The position numbers and the translations under genes were made by a program. From NCBI RefSeq assembly GCF_963921235.1, contig NC_086097.1, forward strand, positions 153,514,001-153,578,000: DNA of 64,000 nt, written 5' to 3'. This DNA is from Mobula hypostoma (Eukaryota). Positions within the stretch are counted from its first letter, which is position 1; each line of letters starts with the position of its first letter. Below the pieces are notes generated by a model. It was not told where the DNA came from. It saw only the letters and a list, made by a program, of their open reading frames with translations, and did not search any database. Shown one piece after another: positions 51,958-64,000 of this stretch.

Positions 51958-53541
51958 TGTGATAGGAGTCCTTGATGAGAATAACTTAGATCCAAATGCT
52001 GATGTATACGAGGCTGACATGTTGTGGGCGATCTCTACCCACATCAAATGGTTGCTCCACTTGTTTAGTCTTTCGGAGGCCAGGATTCTTAGGGTACATT
52101 CCATATCTTGGTTAATCCACTCCATCTGGCTGTTGGACTGTGGGTGAAACCAGAGGAAAGACTCACTGTTGTTCCAGTCTGCAAAACACCCTCCAGAAAA
52201 ATGATGCAAATTATGGACTGCAATACAGGCTTTTGAAAAATGATTCACAATTACCATGATAATAGTCTGCATGACGTTGGACAGCCTTAGCAGTTCCCCA
52301 GGTGGCTGCAGCTTTGGACATTCATCCCACAGGTGACCTGCTTCCCCACATTAAAAGCAGCAATCCTGACCCTGGTGCCGGGACCTCTCATCAGCAGAAA
52401 ATCTAGTGCAACCGATCCACATGGGTTCAACTGGGTCTTAAGCAGGCAACAGGCTGGTCATAGTCCAAGGCTGGGGAGTGGAACAGCGATGCATTGAGTC
52501 CGGGATGGGGCTAGCCCTCCTCGACCTCTTGATGTAGTCCCAATTAAGCTCTGCCAGAGGATTATCAAGATGAAAGCAGTGGTTCCTGAGCACTTCTAAG
52601 TTCTCTACCTGCTCTCCCAAGGTGAGGGCATCATTCAGTTTATCTTGGAGTCCATGGCGCTATACATGGCCAAGGCTTCCCCATTCCAGCCCTTCTACTG
52701 GGACAAGGTCGAAAATTCGATCGTGTTGTCGACTGCTGACCGTACCTCCTGTCAAACCTTCATCAAATGGTCAGAGGCTCGGCTGGTTCCTGTGGGGTGA
52801 TGAAACGCTTCTCTCGTCGCAAGCATTAATTCTTCCAAGTTCAAGCAAATCTTCGACCTACATTCCCAATGTGCGGTGAGCCAGGTCGGGGCTCTCCCAG
52901 TCAGAAGAGAGATAATGAAGGCCAACATTCTGCACTCCGAAGGGAACTGGGACGGCTGGAACTATGACCACTAGAAGACAAAGTCACCGTAAGACCCAGA
53001 GACACCATCGAATCACTCCGGGGTTGAAAGGTGCACTGTCTTCAGAGCGGGACTGACTGGTTCTCCCAAGCAGCTCTGGCCTCCTCCTTGCAAAAGTTGA
53101 CCCATGGCTGCATGAAGTTGGTGTATCTCCAGGCTCTGTCGGGAATTATCTTCACTGTGGCTGGTCACAGTAGATGTAAGATTCTGATACCACACTGGGT
53201 CCATACTGTGACTCACCCGTACTGTGATGAGAGTCCTTAGCAAGGATGACTTGCACCCAAATGCTGGAGTATCCGAGGCTATGATCAATACATTGTTTCA
53301 AACTGGATTGAGAATCTGAGCACAAAACAAACACTATACAAAATCACGAGTAGGCTTACGATTGAACACCGAACCTCAGTTTAAGTGCTCCTTTAATGCT
53401 CAACCCTTGGTGCCTAAAACATGATTGTCAATTAGCAGGACTGTCCTGATCTTTAAAAGGGCTATGCCAGCTATCCATACTCCGGGAAGCTAGAGTGTCT
53501 AAATCCTCAGAAGATGGCATGAATGGCTGCTTGTCATAACA
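51958..53541 (-). mobile_element. Deleted sushi-like Gypsy element nested in the provirus PPT
   Basis: LTR 53223-53541 and partial LTR 51958-52020; gag start MDP..; IN HPQSNSQMEWINQDMECTLR..WSNHLMWVEIAHN. Confidence 0.82.
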
Positions 53542-54489
53542 CTCTCCTCTTGGCTCTCCTGGACAAAAATAAGTTTGTTCCAGGAAAGGCCAAGCGTTAA
53601 GGAGGAACTAATCAAATAGTGCAGCAAAAATGCCCTGTACTTTAGAACCCTTTCCTCAATTACCCTATATGCTTCTACATCTACACTATCATCCATAATG
53701 GCTATCTACAAGACTCTAAGCAGATATTGTTCCAGAAATTTGACCAACAGAAATTTAAAATGCAGCTTTGGCATTCATATGCTTGTTGCCTCCTACCCTG
53801 TTAGCCAATTGCAGTTTAATCACATGCTTTATCTTCACCACTTCGTTCTCAAGGAGTTAAAACTCTGCAGTGGCTATCAGTAGTCTGGTCAGGAGCTCCA
53901 GTAAGGTACATATACTAGCCTCACAGGCTCTCTCATTGATGTACAGAAGGGTTTGGGCTGGTCTCTATCTGAATGACTGCAAGGACCTCACTCTGGTGGC
54001 ATCCCCTTCCGGACTGACCAGTCGATCAGTGGCTCAGCTCATTTTTATTTACTCCCCATTCAGGCTAGGATGACTGCCTTCAGACGCTGCATGCATTTCC
54101 TTTTCTTTCTCAGTCTGTCCTGTCATCGAAGTTGTGGAACTTGATGCCATTGCTGTAACTCTGATTCCTTCCCATCTACAAACGATGTTTTTTTCTCAAA
54201 CGTTTTTCTATACTAAGCTACACAACTAACATCTGCCTTCAGCAACCAGCCTTCCTTACAGAGTACCATTACCATTAGATTTTAACATGCTATTTATGGC
54301 TTGCTGTCATGCTCTCTTCGTGTCCTCTGCCTTCACGTTTGCTGGGAGTCTACCTCCATCAGGTGTGGTCAGGTCTGATGAGGTTGTCTGGTTCTTCACT
54401 TGCGTTCCCTGCAATGACATTGTTACCTGGTGAATTTGATATCTAGCTCTGTCTGTGGGGGCAGGGGGGAGGGCAACAGGAAGGTGGTT

Positions 54490-54660
54490 CATACAGTTTA
54501 ACCTGTCCAGTGTTTCCACTGGCTGCCTCGCCGGGACTGTACACCAACACGGACATCATTTGTCCAGGGCACCACCTGAGGTTTTGTCCTCCTGGGAGTG
54601 AAACCTGTCCTTTCAACCAGCTCCCTTACCATGACTTGGTTGCATAGCTGTGGGAGGACT
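54490..54660 (-). pseudogene. pol: Integrase C-terminal domain relic
   Basis: LPQLCNQVMVRELVERTGFTPRRTKPQVV..VGVQSRRGSQWKHW-QVK. Confidence 0.7.
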
Positions 54661-54830
54661 ATCTCCTCTCCCACTGGCTCTCTCTGATCAGCAATATGTT
54701 ACTGCTGTTGTGCTCGATCCCTCAATGTGTTACCCTGATTACAGTGGTCTTTCACATCTCCATTAATCTAACTTGACATTTGTCGTTACTTCCTGTACAT
54801 TTGTAATTTCTGTTGCTTCTTTCTCTCCAC

Positions 54831-54950
54831 TTTGACGTCTGCCTACTCATTCCCTTTCTGCTCCTTACTATCCCCTTTCTGATGAGCCTTTACTTCAATC
54901 ACTGCTACCTCCTCAGGCAGCTGCGCTACTTCTAACAGCTCCTGACTGTG
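54831..54950 (-). pseudogene. pol: Retrovirus-type RNase H C-terminus
   Basis: QELLEVAQLPEEVAVIEVKAHQKGDSKEQKGNE*ADVK (His-containing retroviral RH motif). Confidence 0.85.
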
Positions 54951-55109
54951 CTTGACCCTCCCCTGGGACCCTCTGACATGATTCTCACACATCATCCCAT
55001 CTCTCCTCCCTGCTTGGGGTTGCTGTCTCCCTATGGGCCCTGTTAGCTGCTTTGTGGATCAGACATTCACTGTCCCTGTCTTGGCCATGTTATTCCTCCT
55101 TTTCCTGAG

Positions 55110-55710
55110 TCGATGATAGCATCTGCCTTACTCAGTGTGCCTATCCCCAAGACAGTACCTTCATTGCTTGGGCACACCCAAAAATCTACAGGAAGCTGCC
55201 CTCCCTCAATCTCAAGTACCTGGGGCTGACTTCTCTCCACCCTCATTCTTTCACATTCTGCACTGGGTAATATAAATCACCTCTCCAGTCATGGGCAAGG
55301 GTAGATCAGTTATTGATACGGATGACCCCATGTCCTCGAACATTTCACATTGCTGGCTCCTTTATAGATCTCTTTTATACATCTGTGGATGACCACAACT
55401 GGCTAAAGAGGTGGCTTTCAGCCACTTGTCTGACTTCACCATCTCGGTAATCTGGTCAACAGTCCAATTGGAAAGATAGGGTGCTGCTTTGGTGAATGAT
55501 TTTCACACTTTTGTCCTCTTTTCAGGACACTGCCTCCAACTATGGCCTGAGAAGCCACAGCTGAAGTAAATAATCTTCTTTACCCTTCCACGTCTATTCC
55601 TGCAGTTCCTTGCTATGTGACCCAGCTACGGGCACAACACTGTGACGTCACAACAGCTGCATTCACTACAGCCACTTTACAACTTCTCTTCTCCCTCCTC
55701 TGCTCTATCT
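55110..55710 (-). pseudogene. gag zinc knuckles and retropepsin relic
   Basis: GHIARNC..IYFSCGFSGHSWRQCP; MFEDMGSSVSITDLPLP (decayed DTG); FWVCP..GTVLGIGTL. Confidence 0.75.
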
Positions 55711-55789
55711 CAATGGCCCAGGATTTATCAGCAGTCTAAGTGGGTGAGTATTTTTTAAAGTTAGCACTTACTCTTGGACCTGTTCAGGT

Positions 55790-55807
55790 TGGTGACGCCA
55801 GCATCAT
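55790..55807 (+). other. Degenerate tRNA-Trp-like primer binding site (inverted relative to the LTRs)
   Basis: TGGTGACGCCAGCATCAT vs tRNA-Trp PBS TGGTGACCCCGACGTGAT, 13/18 by eye. Confidence 0.5.
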
Positions 55808-55868
55808 GAGATATTGCCAACACAGTGGAGAGCTGAACTGGTAGATATAAAAGAAGTAGTATGGTGTG

Positions 55869-57960
<2,092 letters not shown>

Positions 57961-57966
<6 letters not shown>

Positions 57967-58705
57967 CTAGGGATTTGTGTGTTAATCTGGTGAAAGAAGG
58001 TCACCAGCTGCGAAGGGTGTTTACTGAAGTTTCGGGACACCAGTAGAGTGTGAGTATACTCGTTTCAGGAACTGTATTTCGGCAGATGCATTTGCAACTG
58101 TATGTGTGTTTTAAGAATATGTCTGTAACCTTAGGGTAACAGTTAGATGCAAAGGCTCAGGGGATGCAGGATGGTGCATGGGCAACTATCAGAAATGCTA
58201 GCAATGAAGAGAAATATCATTTATTTAAGGGGAAAGTGAGGCACCGACTGGGGGGAGTTGAGAGTAACTGAGCAATGAAAATATCAGAGGTTCTGATAGT
58301 TGATGAGGTGGCCATGGATTATGCAGGACGTAAATAATGAGTGTGTGAGGAGTATTCATGATTACAGAATCCAGCAGGGATGACCCAGTCTTCCTGAAAG
58401 TGCTGAAGGAATCACTGAGCTCAGCCTACCAGGGAGTTTTAGATTTGGTGATTGCGGTGGGATCGACCGTGATAGGGCCGGTGGGTTGCACCAGAGGAGG
58501 GAGAAAAGAAGTCAAAAAATGGCTGTAGTCAATGTCGCTACTGTGGTGTCGCAGAGAACTTGCTTTGTGTTCCAGTGGATGGGGCACATAACAAGGAACT
58601 GTTGGAATAGATGTGAGAAGGTAAAGGAGATGATTTGTTATAGCTGTGGCTTTTCAGGCCATGGTTGGAGGTGGCGTCCTGAAAAGAGGGCAAAGTATGA
58701 AAAAT
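57961..58705 (+). pseudogene. gag: Inverted gag segment (capsid C-terminus and two CCHC knuckles)
   Basis: DEVAMDYAGR..EEYS..DDPVFLKVLKESL; CFVFQWMGHITRNC..ICYSCGFSGHGWR. Confidence 0.72.
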
Positions 58706-59319
58706 GAATGTTAATCAGCGTTGTCTGGTTTTCAATTAACTGGAGTCTACAGCTCTAGGAATCTATTTTCCAGGGTGCATTTTAACTTTAATTTACAATC
58801 CACAATCAGGTCTAAAAATTGGTTGCTGAAGTTACAATTTGCTATATACCTTAGTTCCAGAATATGCCCTAACACATGCTTTTATATTGAACAGACTAAA
58901 TAATTGCAATGCAATTTTAGTGGCCCTACAAAGCTATCTATTAACAATCCAACTCATTCAGAATGCTGCTGCTAGACTTTTAACCAAACCAGGATGAGGG
59001 AAAATACCACTCACAACCTGGCTACTCTGCATTGGCTTCCTGTATCTTTTAGAATTGATTTTAAAATTCTCTTACTTGTTTTTAAAGCTGTTAATAGTTT
59101 GGGACCAGAGTACAGCATAGAATTGTTTTCTTGCTCAAGCTCTCAGGTCTTCCTCCACTGGTCTCCTAAATTTAAACAATCTTCCTCCAAAGATCATTTT
59201 CAGGTCAGCTTTTTTGAACTATGGTCATAAACTGTGGAATTTATTACCTAAAACTATGAGGGATGCAAACCCAGTTGACAGTTTTAAATGCCAGCTCAAA
59301 ACCTAATTTCTTTTTGGCA

Positions 59320-59634
59320 TGTGCCTGCTTGTGTGTGCGTCTGTGCGTTTGCGTCTGCGTGTATGTACGTGGGCGTCTGTGTATGCGTCCGTGATGATGT
59401 CTTTTTTTCATGGCTTTTTACAAGGCATGGAGCGAGAGAGACTGTGTGGCGCACCACTCCTCACACAAACATTTTTGCAGTATTTTCCCTTTATTTTACG
59501 AGGTTGAGTTGCGATCTCGACACTCAACCCGGCACAGATGGAAAGCATACTTGGCAGCGAACCCGACTAGTTTCGAACCCGGGAACCTCCGCTCCCAAGT
59601 CCGGTGCCGATGTCTTTGCGCCACCAGCTGGCCC
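59320..59634 (-). mobile_element. tRNA-derived SINE inserted in L2
   Basis: Head GGGCCAGCTGGTGGCGCAA.. with B box GGTTCGAAAC; 8-bp stem GGTTGAGT/ACTCAACC; GCAC/ACAC-rich tail. Confidence 0.82.
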
Positions 59635-59819
59635 AAAAAAAACCTTTTTTTTCAACTTTCTTTAAACTAATCTCTTTTTGTCCTGTATTTTAATGTTTAT
59701 TTTTATTTTTATTTTTCATTTTATATTCCATATCCCATTGTAAAGCACTTTAAATATTGCTTGTATGAAAAGTGCTCTATAAATAAGTTTATTGTTGTTA
59801 TTATTATTATTATATGCTT

Positions 59820-60790
59820 CATTTTACCTTTTGACTAAATTTGCAACATCTCTAGCTGTAGTCCTTAAACCTTGCCATTCTTCTCCTTCTTCCTCATAGG
59901 AGCATGTTGCTCTTGATTTCTGAACAGCTGGCTTTTAGATTACACCTACATGTCAGTTGTCAACACACCCCAATCTACTCTCCCCTGTTCCTACCTAATA
60001 CTCTTGTAATCAGCCTTCCTCCAATTCAGCACTTTCCCGAGGTCCAGCCTTAACATTATCCAAAGCCATCTGAAAATTTATGGGGTTATGACCACTGTTC
60101 CCACAATACTCTCCAAATGAAACACTGAACAAATGACCAGGATCATTCCCAGTACCAGGTCTAGTTATGGCCCCTTCCCTGGCTGGACTATCTACATACT
60201 GTTTCAAGAAACCCTTTTAGATGCACATAACAAGTTCTGCCCCATCTAAGCCTTTGGCATTAAGAGAGTCCCAGTCACCCACTACAACTAGCCTGTTGCT
60301 TTCACTTTTTTTTATAATCTGCCTACACAAGCATTCCTCTATATCCCACTGATTAGTGGGACACCTATAGTATGAACCCATATAGAGATTGTACCTTCTT
60401 TATTTCTGAGCTCTATCCATATTACCTTGCTGGATGAGCCTTCCAAAATGTCCTTGAGTGCAGCTACAACATTGTTCTCAGTTAGTGATGCAACTATCCC
60501 ACCTTGTTTACATCCATATCTATTATATCAGAAACATCTTAACCCTGGGATGCTGAGCTGCAAGTCCTGCTCTTGTCTCTGTAACATTGCAACATTGTAG
60601 ATCCATGCACTTACCCAGGCTCCAAGTTCATCTATTTTACTTATAATACTTGCAGTGAAATAACAGTACTTAAGCACACCAGTCCCACAGTATTTATTAA
60701 CCTAGTCCTGCCTGACCTTTCTTTCAGACCTCTACCTTCCCTTCAATCCTTCTGATTCAAACTGCTAGTGCTTTGATTCCCACTGCCCTG
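59820..60790 (-). mobile_element. Degraded CR1 endonuclease-region fragment
   Basis: LKQYVDSPAREGA..GNDPG..GEYCGNSGHNPINF. Confidence 0.78.
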
Positions 60791-61599
60791 CCACAATCGA
60801 TTCTCTATAATTCTCCCTTAGCTAATAAAATTTACAAATTCCTACTTATCCATTCTTTGTTTTTCTCTCTCTTTTACTCTTAATATTTTCTTCTACTTCT
60901 TTGCTGCAACTGATTTAACTCTAGTTCAACCTATTTGTTCTATTTTTATCTTTAACTTTAAAATGTCATAGGTTCAGGAGCAGAGCAGTGGGGATGAATT
61001 ACTGGAGATCTCAGATGTGGTGCTGATATCATTGTGCCATTATCAATTTGTTTTTTTTGTTCGTCAGTTTGCAGCACAACAGTAATATGATGTGAAAGAT
61101 GAGGTTAAAAAGTCCAGTTCAGTTCATTTGTCATGAAATGTACCACTCTCACTATTTCTAGACCAAAGCATATAAATATTCCTTCTGCATCGGCAATTCT
61201 GTATGAGGTTCCAGATTAGCAAGGGAGATGAGATGACAGTTATTCTCCAGTTATATAATGGAAGCCAAACAATATTCTTATTTCTTAAAATTAAGAAACT
61301 TGGATGAAAAGGTATATGTCAGGGAACTATCGGAATTGATATGACAAGAAATGTTAACTAACAGAGGTAAATGGAATGAGAAGTTCCATATCTTTGCAGT
61401 TCAAGAGCGTTTCTTGTCTCGAAACAAGGAAGTTCAAATTCAAGTTTGTTGTCATAGGCATAAATACATAGGGTATAAATGCTATGGAAAGTAGCTTTTC
61501 GCAGCAGCAGAATAGGAAATTATAAATATGACAAACTTGCTTTTATATGGTTCCTTAAGATTGTCATAGCGGGAGGGGGTGGGGGGTGGGGATGGGGAT

Positions 61600-61812
61600 G
61601 GATGGTTAATGGGAATAAGCTCCCACTACCTACCAATAGTGTGCATCTCAAATAGCTGGACAACCAAGCCCAGCTCCTGGCTTTCACATGTGGCTTAGCT
61701 ACTAACCCCGCCGGAACTGTTTCTACTGACAGAAGAAGGGGCAAAGGCGGGTTCCTGTCACCTTAAAACCAGTTGCCCCAGGCAGATAGGTCTCATCAGC
61801 TGTGCTTGGCAG
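61600..61812 (+). mobile_element. Probable RTE 5' UTR-derived fragment truncated by CR1
   Basis: GC-rich leader-like sequence ending abruptly at the CR1 start; family assignment from memory only. Confidence 0.35.
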
Positions 61813-64000
61813 ATCAAAGATGAGTGGAAAGCCGGAGGATTGGGAAACTTTTAAAGAGTAACAGAAGGTGACTAAAAAGGCAATACGCAGAGAAAAAATG
61901 AGGAACGAAGGTAAACTAGCCAATAATATAAAGGAGGATAGTGAAAGCTTCTTTAGGTATGTGAAAAGGAAAAAAATAGTTAAGACCAAAATTGGGCCCT
62001 TGAAGACAGAAGCGGGTGAATTTATTAAGGGGAACAAGGAAATGGCAGACGAGTTGAACAGGTACTTTGGATCTGTCTTCACTAGGGAAGACACAAACAA
62101 CCTCCCAGATGTAATAGTGGCCAAAGGACCTAGGGTAATGGATGAATTGAAGGAAATTTATATTAGGCAGGAAATGGTGTTGGATAGGCTGTTGGGTCTG
62201 AAGGCTGTTAAGTCCACGGGACCTGATGGTCTGCATCGCAGGGTACTTAAGGAGGTGGCTTTAGAAATCGTGGATGCATTGGTAATCATTTTCCAATGTT
62301 CTATAGATTCAGGATCAGTTCCTGTGGATTGGAGGGTGGCTAATGTTGTCCCTCTCTTCAAGAAGGGAGGAAGAGAGAAAACAGGGAATTATAGACCGGT
62401 TAGCCTGACGTCGGTGGTGGGAAAGATGCTGGAGTCAATTATAAAAGATGAAATTACGACACATCTGGATAGCAGTAACAGGATTGGTCCGAGTCAGCAT
62501 GGATTTACGAAGGGGAAATTGTGCTTGACTAATCTTATGAAATTTTTTGAGGATGTAACTATGAAAATGGCAAAGGAGAGCCAGTGGATGTAGTGTACCT
62601 GCACTTTCAGAAAGCCTTTGATAAAGTCCCACATAGGAGATTAAGTGGGCAAAATTAGGGCACATGGTATTGGGGGCAGAGTACTGACATGGATTGAAAG
62701 TTGGCTGGCTGACAGAAAACAAAGAGTAACAATTAACAGGCCCCTTTCAGAATGGCAGGTGGTGACCAGTGGGGTACTGCAAGGTTCAGTGCTGGGACCG
62801 CAGTTGTTTACAATATATATTAATGATTTAGATGAGAGAATTAAAAGTAACATTAGCAAATTTGCCGATGTCACAAAGCTGGGTGGCAGTGTGAAATGTG
62901 AGGAGGATGTTATGAGAATGCAGGGTGACTTGTACAGGCTGGATGAGTGGGCAGATGCATGGCAGATGCAGTTTAATGTGGATAAATGTGAGGTTATCCA
63001 CCTTGGTGGTAAGAAGGCAGATTATTATCTAAATGGAGTCAAGTTAGGAAACGGGGAAACACAACGAGATGTAGGTGTTCTTGTACATCAGTCACTGAAA
63101 GTAAGCATACAAGTACAGCAGGCAGTGAAGAAAGCTAATGGCATGCTGGCCTTCATAACAAGGGAAATTGAGTATAAGAGCAAAGAGGTCCTTCTGCAGC
63201 TGTACAGGGCCCTGGTGAGACCACACCTGGAGTACTGTTTTTTAAAACGCAAACAACAGGAATTCTGCAGATGCTGGAAATTCAAGCAACACACATCAAA
63301 GTAGCTGTTGAACGCAGCAGGCCAGGCAGCATCCCTAGGAAGAGGTGCAGTCGACGCTTCGTCACAAAGGGTCTCGGCCCGAAACGTCGACCGTACCTCT
63401 TCCTAGAGATGCTGCCTGGCCTGCTGCGTTCACCAGCTACTTTGATGTGTGTTGCTCGAGTACTGTGTGCAGTTTTGGTCTCCAAATTTAAGGAAGGACA
63501 TTCTTGCTATTGAGGAAGTGCAGCATAGGTTCACAAGGTTAATTCCCGGGATGGTGAGACTGTCATATGTCGAAAGATTGGAGCGACTGGGCTTGTATAC
63601 TCTGGAATTTAGAAGGCTGAGAGGGGATCTTATTGAAACATATAAGATTATTAAGGGATTGCACACGCTGGAGGCAGGAAGCATGTTCCCGCTGATGAGT
63701 GAAACCAGAACAAAGGCCACAGTTTAAGAATAAAGGGTAGGCCATTTAGAACGGAGTTGAGGAAAGGCTTTTTCACCCAGAGAGTGGATATACGGAATGC
63801 TCTGCCCCAGAAGGCTGTGGAGGCCAAGTCTCTGGATGCTTTCAAGAAAGAGATGGATAGAGCTCTTAAAGATAGCGGAATCAAAGGTTATGGGGATAAG
63901 GCAGGAACTGGATACTGATTGTGGATGATCAGCCATGATCACAGTGAATGGCGATGCTGGCTCGAAGGGCCGAATGGCCTACTCCTGCACCTGTTGTCTA
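61812..64000 (+). mobile_element. Relatively young CR1 LINE (RT to 3' UTR)
   Basis: ORFs 61868-62593 and 62645-63304: GPDGLHRRVLKE, NYRPVSLTSVVGK, QGSVLGPQLF, KFADVTKLGG, LVRPHLEYC; few disruptions. Confidence 0.95.
63239..63457. mobile_element. Fold-back PLE terminal insertion with 9-bp TSD
   Basis: TSD GAGTACTGT 63230-63238 / 63458-63466; ~72-bp inverted arms 63285-63356 and 63385-63456. Confidence 0.9.

Noticed and set aside
54375..54400. CTGATGAG as a hammerhead core
   Set aside because: No stem II or downstream GAAA
59560..59634. tRNA gene
   Set aside because: tRNA-like SINE head followed by SINE body; second copy at 11010-11080
61570..61602. G-quadruplex-like G runs (also 41433-41458)
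   Set aside because: Short low-complexity tracts with no functional context

Overview
Eukaryotic (vertebrate) genomic DNA with no recognisable host protein-coding exon. The repeat spectrum (CR1, Rex1/Babar, L2, RTE, Hero, Penelope-like, Tc1, Tigger, V-SINE) suggests a cartilaginous fish, probably a ray; this is inference. Most of the window is decayed, heavily nested transposable elements, and nearly all predicted ORFs are TE fragments or artefacts. Main observations: (1) a TSD-bounded, rearranged provirus at 51531-58874 with two-knuckle gag, retropepsin, a retrovirus-type RNase H, an integrase C-terminus, a tRNA-Trp-like PBS and a post-pol region that is not a gamma-type env and weakly resembles pneumovirus F, so a possible lokiretrovirus-like lineage; a solo LTR of the same family sits at 25449. 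(2) A separate class I (epsilon/gamma-like) ERV relic with RNase H, integrase, ISD-bearing env and 3' LTR at about 3850-9260. (3) Many Penelope-like relics carrying minimal hammerhead ribozymes, two of them as fold-back hairpins. (4) A full-length chromoviral (sushi-like) Gypsy element. (5) A 2.1 kb (TG)n array with higher-order structure. Family assignments come from motif recognition by eye, and boundaries of old elements are approximate.
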